This document shows positions 25,751 to 38,368 of a stretch of 64,000 nt of DNA, in pieces. Every line of letters starts with the position of its first letter. Position 1 is the first letter of the stretch. The stretch comes from Paragordius varius (Eukaryota; Animalia; Nematomorpha). The notes below the pieces were generated by a model that saw only the letters and a program-made list of their open reading frames with translations, was not told the origin of the DNA and searched no databases. Made by a program: the position numbers and the translations under genes. The stretch is taken from NCBI GenBank assembly GCA_964247055.1, contig OZ176057.1, forward strand, positions 4,898,001 through 4,962,000. Reading direction: 5' to 3'.

Positions 25751-28700
25751 TTAATTTTTCAGGGCTGTTTTTTCATTCAATCTCTTAATAAGGTCAAGCA
25801 TTCTATCCTCATCTTTTTGACGTTTAAGTTTGGCATTACTCCTAATGCCTTTTTTATCTTCATGCGTAGGTATTCTTTCATCATTTATTTGAGGTAGATG
25901 ATTTTGTAACATTAGGTCTCCATTATTTTTTAGCGTTGGAAAATGTTGTTCAACCGAAACATTTTCGGATGAACCCCACGAATAATCGTTTGATGATGAT
26001 GGATTATTTGGTTGTAGTGTTATAGGCGGCGGAGGTAAAAGAAGTCTACCCTGATTAGTTCGATGAGAGCTCTTGCTATTAGAGCCCGAAGCTGATATAA
26101 CATTAGAAAATGAGGTAGCAAAAGACGTTTTCCCATTCTCTTGATAATTTTTGGGGTTATTTTTCATGCCTGATGATAAAAGGGTTGGAAAATTTAATGT
26201 ACTTAATGTAGCATCTCTCACCATTGTCGTCGTTCCCATTCCTATAGTTTTAAAAGAATCCTCAGGTGTATCGATTAAATTATCGGGTCGAATAATTGGT
26301 AACCCGTGAAATTCATTTCGATACGATGGGTGATTCATTGTTTTAATTTTAGCAGCATAACTTTTTTTGGTGTCATCCGTACTAAATCGTACCGTACTAT
26401 CCCGAACATTAAAAGCAAATTGCTGGGCCAGCGACGAAGACGATGAAGGATAATTTGTTTGCCAATCCTCTCCGTCACTGGAATCAAAATTTGGATCTTT
26501 CCTTGGATTATATTTTGATTTTCCAGCAATACTATTGCTCGTTGTTGTAAATGTTTCAAAGCTATCACTTTTAACATTAGATTTTACGAGGGCTGTAGAT
26601 TTTAAGGTTTGTTTTTGACCTGATATGTGATTAGTGGATTGTTTGGATGATTTAATTGGTTTAGTATAAATACTTATGGCATGATGATTTTGAGCAGATG
26701 AGGTACAAGTAACAGAATTATTTTTAGTTTTGCTGGGTAATGTTATGGGTTGAGAAGTCTTTTCTATATATACATATTTATAGTTTTAAACAATATTTTT
26801 AATAAGGGATATTGAAAAAAATTTAAACTAAAAATATAAATAATATTACTTGTGGTTGGAACGGATGCTTTAGGTAACGAAGGAAAAGCGTTAGGATCAT
26901 TTAAATGATAATTTTTAGCTGTATTAGACCACGTGGCTGAAACATTATCCTACAAATCAACAAGAAAAATAGAATACTATAAATCAAATCATGATGGTTA
27001 GACTGTAATTTAAGATCAGATAAATGTTAAAATAAAATTCTATATATTTTAAATCTCCCACCCCTATTTTCCATTTCTAAATATTTTGAAAAGATAGGAA
27101 TATTAAGGTCTTATTAAAACATAGTAGGTATAATGTTCCCGAAATATTTTTTAATAATGTAATATCGAAACATATATACAAAAAGCTATCTACCGTTGTC
27201 AAATTGTATGATTTAGGTAAAAAGGGAGCCCTAGAATTGCCTATAGAGGAGGCATTGGTTTGTATTTGTTGAACTTTTGAATCGGCTCCCTTATTTGGTT
27301 GTTTTTGAGTTGGCACCATATTTATCGCAATATTAGAATTATTTCCATTTATATCGGGGGGATTGCTTTTTGCAATAGTAGGAAAATCTTGATCTGTCAT
27401 TTGATAACGTCGATAAAAACCATTTTCAAAACCGTTTTCATCATACGCATTGCTCAGGTTGGAATTGTAAAATTCAATGGTGCCTGTACCAATACCCCCG
27501 GCTAAATATGTTACATCTTGTTGTTGGGATTGACTACTGTAATATAAATAATAAATACAAAAATCTGAAAATTTTACAGTAAAAATCGATATTATGCATA
27601 TCAAACGTAAAGGCTAAAAATCAAATATTGTTTTATCAAGATAATCATATAAACTTGATTTTCCTAAACATATACCATTTAAGTTGCTAAATTAAAAAGA
27701 GATGTGTAAAATGGTTATAGTCTCAATTATACAATTTGAAATTGTAATTATATGGTCTATGGTAGGTAAAATCAACGTTGTAAAAAATAGGGTTGTTTTT
27801 TTTAAAAAAATATTTGTTCTTAGTTTTTTTTACATTTTATCTCTACATTATATATTACTGTATTATTACGACCCCTAATTGAAAAAAAGATTTTTTAGTA
27901 AAAATCGTTGATAAACTGAGGTGTTAAAGAAAATATATATTTAAATTTTTTGGTATTATTAAAAAAGGTCATATTACAGGGATTTTTACTATATAAGAAT
28001 CCTTACAATGTTAATGACTGCAAATTTATCTGTCTTAAAAATATAAACTAATTTTGAGATTTTTTTTAAAAAAACATATTAGTGTGCAAATATTTTTTGG
28101 ATATTGTTTACGCTGAAGTGTGATTGTATTATGATATTGCAATTATAATTCTGCTAAAATTATAAGAATTTATTATGAATTTTATTTATATTTTACCAAA
28201 ATAACTTTTAAACATTTTAAATTAAGTGCGCATTTTATCCCCACCCCAAAGTATAATAAATCTAAATTTTACTTATTCAAGCGAGTGTTATTGGTTGATG
28301 ATTGATTGAAATTTGTTGAGACATTCGAAGTGGGTAACAGAGTGCCCTGTGCAAAAAATGGTCGTTTTTGTCGTCCTGTAGCGTTTGTGTTAATAAAATT
28401 ACCAGTTTGTTCCCCAGATAAGCTATTATTTTCAACATTGTTAGCGTTTCGAGTTCCCGACCTATTATTTCTAATATTATTCTGATTATTAAAATTTGAA
28501 TTTGGACGACCCCTTGAATGTAAACCACCACCCCTATTTTGATTTCGATTTCGATTATTAACATTAAGATTAGAAACATTATCACCACCATCATTTGTTG
28601 TATAGATTGAACTTGGTTCGGTTGGAAATCTATACCCTGATGATATATTATCATTGCTATTATGCATGTTGAAAATATGAGTATTGTCTACTAAATTATT

Positions 28701-31700
28701 TGTCGCATGATGCGTATTATTATTGACCACGAGCAAATCTACAGCCCGTAAAAGTCTTTGACTTTGTTTGTCCATGCCACGGGAATGTTGTTCCAACATG
28801 TGGTGTTTGTATTCAATTTCTAACATTATATAAGAGATTATGCTAGTTTTAGATTCAAAAAGTGTTTTCAAAATTGAATTAAAACTTGGAGTAAAAAAAA
28901 TGTTAGGGGGTTTAAAGTCAAAAAAAGCCAAAAATTATACAAGTTTTTAGTATGCACCAAATTTAAGTCTATAATATTACAATATAGCCAGGTTAAGTAA
29001 TGCAAAAACTAGCAATGCATTTCAATATACACTGTGAAACAAAAATAAACATTATAATTGAAAATATGTTCAAATTGAAAAGCAAGTTAAAAACAAAGCA
29101 GAATATAAGAGGATATGACAAATGGGTAATATTCAGACGTAAGTTTCATTTTTACTTAAACATTCAAGTGTAAGTAATACTTTATTAACCCGTACTCGGA
29201 AATAAGCAAACTAAAATAACTAAAACTTCAAAATAAAATAATTTTTATAATTTATTGTATACCTATTCGACTTTGTGCAAAAAAAAAAGATAATTTCTCT
29301 TTGAAATCTAAAATAAAAAAAAACCGTTTCTAAAAGCCGTGGTAAATCTTTCGTGTTTGCATTCCCCTTCCTCACACAAAAAGTGCTCAGCACGAAAATG
29401 ATCTCGAAGTATGGGGTATGTGCTAAAAAATTAGGTGAAATAAAATTAAAAAAATTTAACTAATTCCATGTGGGACCAAATTTCCGGGAAATATATCAAT
29501 TTTCCCAATTAATGATTCTTTCATGCCTAGCTTTTTTGAATAAACAGCGATAATTATTAATCATTATTAATTTTTAGCTTTTTTGAATAAACATGATCAT
29601 CATATCATCAATAATTTTAATTAAACTAAAAAAAATTAAATATAAATATAATATTTTATACATTTTTATTTCAACATTGTAATCGTTTTAAAAAATAATC
29701 GTGATGCGAATAATAAGCTATGTATTTTTTTCCTATAAAAATTGTTATCAATCACGTATATATAAACGGGCCGTCTTACTAATTATAGTTATATAACTAA
29801 AAACTTAAATTTCTGATTAATATATCTTAAATCTTTTTTTAAGAAAAATTTCTAATATATATAACATTTACACTTTAAAATCACCCTTAAATAATTTAAA
29901 TTCACCCTAAAATTTATGTATATCAAGTTAAAATACCCATATTTACTTATATTTTTAAAAATTAAAATAATACTAAAAAAATAAACTATGCGCCATAAGG
30001 ATATATTTCATATTAATTAAGAGTTATATTAGCCCGAAAACAAAAATTTATTTTTAGGGTTAATTTGAGTTTTTCAAGGGTGGGATTGTAAATGGTATAT
30101 ATATTATATATACGTATATTCAAAAACAAATTATTTCTGTAGTATTCGTCATTTAAAAATCTTTTTATCACAAATTAGACTTTCATAACAAAAATACCTA
30201 TTCCCTAAACCTTTTTTATAAATAATTGACCCTTGATTTTGCTCCGTATTTCCTGGTAACTATTTTAGCTTAAAAAAACTGTTTAATATCAATAATTAAA
30301 AGAAAAAAGCAGGAAACAAATACCTTTTTTTAATATACATTACAAACTAACCTAAACTTGTAGAAAAAAAACTTACTCAAAATATCGATTCCTTCCCTCA
30401 ACATCACAGAAATGACAGAAAAAATGATCTCTCCGTAAATGTTTATACAATTCCTCCTGATCTAAAAAACGGGCTGAAAACAATGTTACACCACCGCCAT
30501 CTTTATTAGAGGTTAATTTTTGCATGCAAAACAGGCAAGCTGGGTGTCCTTTATACCCCGAATCTATGAAATTTACTGTTGTAGATTGTTGAATTTCACC
30601 ATTATTTTCATTTGTGGTTATTGATTGATTATTTGGGGTAGATTTATTATCAGATGTTGGTTTTATTCCTGGAGTCTTGGTGTTATAATTACCTTCAAGA
30701 TGTTGAGCCAACTCAGAACTTGTATATATGGCACGTTCACTAGTGAATAACTAAATATAAAAGAAAAAAGTAAAAATAAATTTTGGTTTCAAATTAATTT
30801 TTTTTAAGTTTAAGTTTTTACTTAATATTTAATTAATTTTTAAACTCAATTGGTATCTAACCCATTGTTTATACTATACAAATATAAATTAGGCCAAAAT
30901 TTTTTTTTATAAAGATGCAAATCAAATCACTCAATTATATACTAAAGAAAGAATATTTTTTAATAAATTTTTTTTAATAATAATAATAAGTTAAGTACCA
31001 ACATGTTAATTAAAATATTTTTATTATATGAAAAAACTATTTCGTGTCTACACAATGTAGATTATTAAAATATCGATCAAAATAATATAGAAAAGTTGAC
31101 TATAAAGAATTAAACGTTAAAAAACAAAGTATTAAAAGCCTACAATTGGTTTAAATCAAATTTTATACAATCCTATTAAAAGACTTATTTTAATCATATA
31201 ATTATATTCTGAAAATAAATTGAGCTAAAAAACGCTTCATAAGAGAAGAATGCCTTAAACCGAAAAAGTAAATATAATTTTTTGCATTTTTTAAGTGATT
31301 CATTTTATCAAATACAACGCTAGAAAATTGTATTTTTAATATTAGATCCAGAAAGATTATATAAAGCTTTAAATTTTGGTGAATGTTAATATTTAATCTA
31401 AATTTGCATGGAATGGAATATCGATATATGTATAATCATTTTTTTAAATTTAATTTTTAGGGCTCCCTTCGAACTAATAGTAAAGATGGCGTAATTGTAC
31501 ATATTTTAACAATGGTTGCCATTTAAAAACAAAAATAAATTAATATTTAATATAATAACCTTATTTTATATATTTTAGCCTAAATTTTCATAATATAAGA
31601 GATTAGGATTCTAGGTAATACTACGACCTTTTTCAAAAACATAAGGGACATTTGAATATTATTCTAATTTTAACCAGAGTTTTTGCTTTAAAGGTATTTT

Positions 31701-32453
31701 GAGTATTTTAAAGCGCTTATATTATAATAGTTGGAAATATGGTACATTTTGTTTTGTTGCAAATTATTTTTTATATAGCGTTTAACACTAGAATTAATAT
31801 GATTTTACGATCTTAACATTAACAATCATACCAAATCCTACCCCAAAATTTTTTAAAAAGTATTGACAATAAAGAAACTGCCTTTTTTCATTTTTTCCTT
31901 ATTTATACATAGTTTTTACTTGAAATGTATTACCTTCAAATGATTAAGGCAAATTTCACAAAAATATTTTTCGTGAACGACTTGCAAGTGGAGTTTTAGT
32001 CCCATAATGTTGGAATAAACTTTGGGATTGTCTGTTTTCTTAGCACAAATGATACAAATATCATTTAGCAATCGCATGCATTTATCTTTAATGGCCTGAG
32101 AATCGAAATAAATGCCCCATTTCGGAAGATTGGTTTCTGTTTCATCGCTTTTTTCCAAATATTCAACTTCGCTTGGATTGTAATTGTGGGATATGATAAC
32201 CTGTATAGAATTATATAATATATTTTCCAATTACAAAAAAATAAAAAGGTAAAAAAATAAAAACCTTTTGGAGTGAAGTTCTACAAACCGGACATTCCTG
32301 TTGATCACAAAGGACACGAATCCTCATTTGACATTTATGGCAAATGTAATGAAGGCATTTACCATAAGAATAAATTGATATTGGATAGCAGCAGATAAGA
32401 CATGTATCATTGGAAGACGTATTTAATTCATCCATATTAGGTTTGGTATCCAT
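25751..32453 (-). CDS. ZNF598: ZNF598/Hel2-family RING-C2H2 E3 ubiquitin ligase, 8 exons (32453-32265, 32200-31934, 30750-30377, 29422-29325, 28819-28273, 27536-27194, 26949-26850, 26763-25751), 976 aa
   Basis: N-terminal RING CLICC...GKCLHYICHKCQMRIRVLCDQQECPVCR, followed by C2H2 motifs FCEICLNHLK-LFTSER, KGHPACLFC...LYKHLRRDHFFCHFCD and LRDHFRAEHFLCEEGEC. All junctions are GT-AG with consistent phases; total 2931 nt, divisible by 3. Confidence 0.93.
29860..30099. mobile_element. MITE family A in ZNF598 intron 3
   Basis: tataacatttacac...caccct ... agggtgggattgtaaatggtata. Confidence 0.8.
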
Positions 32454-33110
32454 ATTAAATCAATTAAACTAAGGACTAGGAAAGGCCGACTCGACAAAAT
32501 ATGTTCAGGTGGATTTGTTTCAAAAAAGTAATATACTGATTTTTTTAAGCACTGTCCGGCAAAAATGGGATATAAAAATACAGTAAAAATTGAAATTAAA
32601 CGGACAAAACGTAAAAATATAAATAAAAATATTTTTTTCAAAAGGCAACTATACTTTTTTGAATCTAAATTTTCATCCCTAATAATTTATTATGTTACCA
32701 TATAAATCTCCACCTCATATATTAAAATCTTAGACACTATTTTATATTTAAAAATCAATTATAAAATATGGTTGTCTTTTGGAAAAAATATTTGTTTTTA
32801 CATTTTTAGGGTTTGTGCGTAATTTTTTTTTACTTTATGTGGTTATCAATCACTTATTATAACTAAAATCTTTAAAGTAATTCATATGTGGGTCTTAATT
32901 TGAAAAAATATTTTTACTTATCTATCAGCAAAAAACATGTTTTAAGCGAAAAGACTCAATCTAATTTTTATTTTTTAATATGTATCCATAAGGTTAATCT
33001 TAGATGCAATCTATTATATTATTTAATATATAAGGAATGTCTTAAACACACATAAAATGCTATTGCAGAAAATTCTATAGTTTAAAAACATTTTAGAAAG
33101 TTTACATTAA

Positions 33111-33196
33111 TTAAAGCTAAACAAGACCTTTGGGTAAATATTTATAAAACTTGTTAAAGCTAAACAAGACCTTTGGGTAAATATTTATAAAACTTG
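33111..33196. repeat. Perfect 43-bp tandem duplication
   Basis: ttaaagctaaacaagacctttgggtaaatatttataaaacttg x2. Confidence 0.95.
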
Positions 33197-33829
33197 TTAT
33201 TCAAAGGGTTTTATATTTTTACTTGATAATGAATTACTTTACCAAAAATAATTCTTGTTCAAGGATATGCCTTTCAGGCAAAAAGCAATAATGCCGTAAT
33301 TTGCAGCCGAAATGGCACAAAACACTGGAACAATTTTCAGGCAAAATAGTTTTCTGAGTGAAAATCTGAAATCATAGCTTTTTGAATATAAATAAATAAA
33401 TAATTTATATTTATTTAATCTTAAAATTTAGGCTTCATCCGCTTATTATATCTATCAAAAGTGACCGCAACCCACGGGCACTATGTCTCCCTAAAACTAT
33501 TTTTTTGCAATAAAATACTTATTAAATTTTTGGATATTTTTATTTGGAGTATAAATATCTGCAAATTAACAGCTTTAAAACAGTACCATATAGTCCACAT
33601 TTAAAAATGTACGTAATTAAGTCAAAAATATTTTCGGTGAAAGCTAAATGCTTCATCTAAAAAAATTGCCAAAATATATACACCTTTATATAAAATTATT
33701 ATTATATTAATTGCCCTTCTGAAATGGGCTACTCTTATAAGCGGCCCAATATGCCAAGATTGCGAGATGAAAATTTTAGTAAGTGTTAAATTGTCAAATT
33801 AAAACAATATTATATATATATAAATGCAT

Positions 33830-34440
33830 TGTTGTTATAGTTGCTAAGGTCGTTTCGACGAACTGCAGCATTGAAAATATATCTTCGTCACTTATTGCGA
33901 CAAAATCTTAGCGTTTAGTTTAACTAATGTTGGTTTGTTTCATTGAGATGTTATCCATCCATCAAAATCTTTTTGTCACTCTTTGAGCAGCACTCACTTT
34001 CCCAGCATTAATGACTTTTCAAGTAAGTTGAATCTCAGAATGTGGCACCGAAATGTAAAAGTTTTTGTATAAGGCTGCCAAGTAGTGACATTTTAGGATT
34101 AATTTAATTTAAAATGGAGGAGTAAGGAATTATGTCTAACTATTTTATTTGGAGAAGTTTCGTCCCCCATGAAAGAATTGATTATACGTTCGGCATATTT
34201 TTCCGTGCCCAGCTTTGGTACTCATATAGTAATGTGAGGAATACTATTACCGACTCTAACAACCAACTCAATAATCTAGACGAAAATTAGATTGAAACCT
34301 TAAACAGTTACACGTATTTTGGCAGTTTTATAAACAGACAACAACTCTACTCCAGAAATAAAACGAAGAATTGCTATTGCAAAAACAGTTGCATTAAAAT
34401 ATTACAAATTTGGACGTCGCATGATGTAGAATTAAAAAAT
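33830..34440 (-). mobile_element. RTE LINE relic: 3' end on the - strand (33830-34100) plus RT-region fragment on the + strand (34270-34440)
   Basis: 33830-34100 is the reverse complement of the 9100-9360 tail; 34270-34440 reads IETLNSYTYFGSFIN...EIKRRIAIAKT...WTSHDVELK. Confidence 0.75.
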
Positions 34441-35238
34441 GCATACCTTTTAAAAAATTTAATTTTAAAAGTTTTGAAGCCTGCTTCATATTATGTTGAT
34501 GATAAAAACGTCATAAATGTTTTTAAAATTTTATTTCTGTTTTATTCTTATGATTTATGTTAAATTTAATTTGCATTTATCACAAAAATTCAGCCAATTA
34601 TAAATCGAACAAATTGAAAAGATTAAAATTCTGAGATTTATAATATCTTATAGCGTTTTTATATCGTTTTCATAATTCCTCAAAATAGTATCAAGTAGGA
34701 TTCAACAAAATTTTGCTATATATTAAATTTTAAACATTTTTTGGAAAAACTTTTTTGGTATTAAATTACTTTCGGATTCTTTACTTATTCATAAAGATAT
34801 TGTTTTGCATTTACATCTAGTATTTGACTTATTTTAGTGATGTTTTTATAAATGAAGCATTAAACTTACTTGAAACATTTAACCAAATGTGCGCATATTT
34901 TGCCATTTTTGATATGAGGTAGCAAAAACTCTAAATTTTCTTAACACTTGAATACAACACATTCATTTCAGTCCTTTGATAATTAGGGTAGTTTCATACC
35001 CCGCTGTATAGAATTAAATGATATTTTAAAAGCTAACGAATCAAAACCATGGCAAAAGTTTGCACTTATATAATATTAATGAACCAAAATATAAAATAAA
35101 ATTCATTTTAAAATTATTACTTATTTTAAGAAAGCCCAAAGGTATAATTTAGTCAACATGACATGTGTGCATATGTTAAAAATATGCTAAAACTTGAAGT
35201 TTAATGAAAAATATGCATTTATTCAAACTTTATTTATG

Positions 35239-35277
<39 letters not shown>

Positions 35278-35992
35278 TTTAAAATTTTTATCGCTTAATA
35301 TTGGCATTTTTGCAATTAAAGGAAACTTGCCTATTTCAAACGGGTCCATAATTTAAGACCTTCGAAGGCCACAATTTTTATATAATGCTTATTTGGAGCT
35401 TTCGCTAAAACTGCAAAATTTTCTAAAAAATATATTTTTACCAAAAATATGGTATTTCGCAGCATGGTGAGAAGGGTCTAAACACATTTTAAGATATTAT
35501 AACACTTTTATATGATTCCATTGCAAACATTTTTATTTCAAAAGATTAAACCATTCTGTTTAAAATCATTTATATTAATAAGTTAGACATATTATATCAA
35601 ATTCATAATTTAAAGATGAACAATTATCTTAATCAATATTCGGGAGGGGGGACAGTATCATTGATTGTTTTAAGCTTTTGTCGTAACCACCGTTAACGAT
35701 TATATGGGAAAACTCCTCTAATCGGCACAATCTACTGGATATATCCATTTTTATTTATCTTTTACCGCTAAATTCAAATCTTCTAATGTCATCTTAGTCT
35801 CCTCTTTTATAATTAACTTATCTGTGGTCAGCCTCGTTTTATTGCCCTTCTGCCTTTCCATTATGTCTTCAAGAATTAGACCGCTGAAATATGTTAATTT
35901 TTTTGTAAATTTTCTCTGATATATTTATTTATAATAGCTTTTTATTTTGTCTTTTTATGTATACCCAAAGCATCCCCGACCAACAAAACCTT

Positions 35993-38337
35993 TCAAAATA
36001 GCCAAAACAGCTTTTTTGTCTCGTTTTTAGGGGTCCTGCTTATCTCATATCCATGTGTGGTGACTAGAAGAACAAAACAATTAAGAATTGTTTTGGTTGG
36101 AAATCATACACTTTTATTTTCCGTATCATAAATAAGTTGGATCTTTTATAGCATGATGTGGAAACATATGATGTAGCGCCATGATATAATAGATTCATCT
36201 TTTTATTTTATTCCTAAAGAAAATTTCAAGATATAGAATAGTAACTTCTTAATAATACTAATTTTTAAATTATATTCTTGTATATTGATGTGTATTCTTT
36301 TGCCTAGTTTTTTATTTTTTGCTTGCATCTTAAATTTAAAGTAATATAATCTATATATTCATAAAAATGGAAAATGCTGGCTTTGTGATCTGTTTCCTGT
36401 AAACCAGTATATTCATTCAAAGCATGCCGAAAAAATATAATCATTAATGAATGCCCCGACAATAGCTTCGCCCTTTTTTGAATTAGGCCCCCAGTTCGGG
36501 TCCACCCCGTGAAACGGTTTTCTTGAAAATACAAGTTCACAAAAATCGTGTCTTGGAGACAATGGAAAACGTGTTGGATCATTCGATTCAAATATATATT
36601 TTTTTTACTTATTTTCGATCGCATTTTTAATTTAGGCCCTCTTTTTACCCGCACCCCCCGTATGCCATTTTTTTCAAAAAAACAGTCCACAAAAATAATT
36701 TTTTGAATCTCTTTTTCCCCCAGGGTAGGAGATTGTAAAAACTTAATGAGGACTCCAGCTCTTACCTGTTAAAAGGCAAACGTTTTAGTGGTGCATGTTT
36801 TTTATATTGGATGCTGGATAAGGAGATACCCACTTAAAACTGCTCCGTCATATCAAAATTGCGCTAAATTTCAGGAAACCTGTCAGGCCATATGAGTTCA
36901 ATAGCTGGCTTAAAATATTACCCGCAACTAGGAAAAAAGTTAGGTCATACGGTTTTTTTAAATTAGCCGTGCTATAGGCCCTTCACGCCCTGAAAAGGCG
37001 CCACCATAGAATGATTTTATAATTTTGTGGCAATTTTTCCAAAAACTAATGAGAGCATATGGAATCAATCATGATTACAGGTAATTTCCGTAAAAAGGCA
37101 AAAATTTTGATCAAGCGCTATTTTGTATCAGCCTCTGGGCAGGGAGCTACCGCCTAAAACTGCGCCACCAATCGAAATTGCGTTGTTTGTGAGTTATTTT
37201 TCAAAAACTTATCAAGCTACATAAGTTTAATAAGGGCCTGAAATATTACCCGTAAAAAGGTAAAAATGAGCGGTTTTTTTAAATAAGTAGTTTAATATAC
37301 TATAATTCTTAATTCATCGAAAATTGACAAAACTTATATAATTATATATATGTATACTTTTTGATATATGCGGATAGTTAAGAGGGAGGGCGATTTCAAA
37401 CAACGCCCATTTTTTTATTGTCAAAAAAATAGTTATTCTATTTAATGTGGTTAACGAATAATTTTTAAGTTGGTTGCTAATGTTCGATATTAACAGATAC
37501 AGGTTATAATTAAAAAAGAAATGGATAGATTGTACCCAGATATATTGAGTTTAACGGAGACTAAGCAAAATTGTAGCGCTAAAACACACGAAAAATATCC
37601 ATTGTTAAGATTGGGGAGAGATGACCAAAAATCAGAAGGAATTCCAGTATTAAATACCTAATTAAATAAAATTTTCCATTAGTAATAATATACACTCAGA
37701 GTTATGAGTATCAGGCTGAATACTAAACCACTTAAATTGACATACATAGTAGTCTATGCTCCTACGCAAATGCTCATAAAGAGGACATACAATTTTATGC
37801 CAAACTGCAAATAGTTTTGAATGAAGCGAAGAAAGGAGATGTGATTATCGTAGGTGGTGATTGGAACAGCAAAGTTGATAGAGGTAAGGTAGATTATACT
37901 GGCCATATGGAATGGGAGAAAACACGATGGGGTCTGTCCTGGGAATCAAATTCACCATATACCTGGTACATTACTAATCGGAATATTTAGATTTAATTAT
38001 ATTTTTTTATCATCGATTTCGGTGAGCATATATCAAAAACCTTATCTGGAAGATCTAAGCTTTTAGAAAAAGAGTATTTTTCATTCGCAGTTACTGTCAT
38101 AAATTGCTCCCTTAAAATTAGACTACCCATAAAATACATATTTTTTTATAGAACATCCACTAGATATTTTTGTGCCGGATCTACCTTGAAATGGAATTTT
38201 GAATTCCGTAAATTTCGTAGTGCTTTTATACTACGGTTTGAGCCATCATTTTAATAATATCGATAATTCTAAATAAATATTTATTTACAAATAGTATTTT
38301 CTGAGGTGCGACAACAATCCTTTGAGTAATTTCAACC

Positions 38338-38368
<31 letters not shown>

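Noticed and set aside
29308-29324. Possible 17-nt intron in ZNF598
   Set aside because: The resulting peptide is non-homologous and soon stops; splicing to 28819 instead gives AFRN-EIEYKHH, matching the family.
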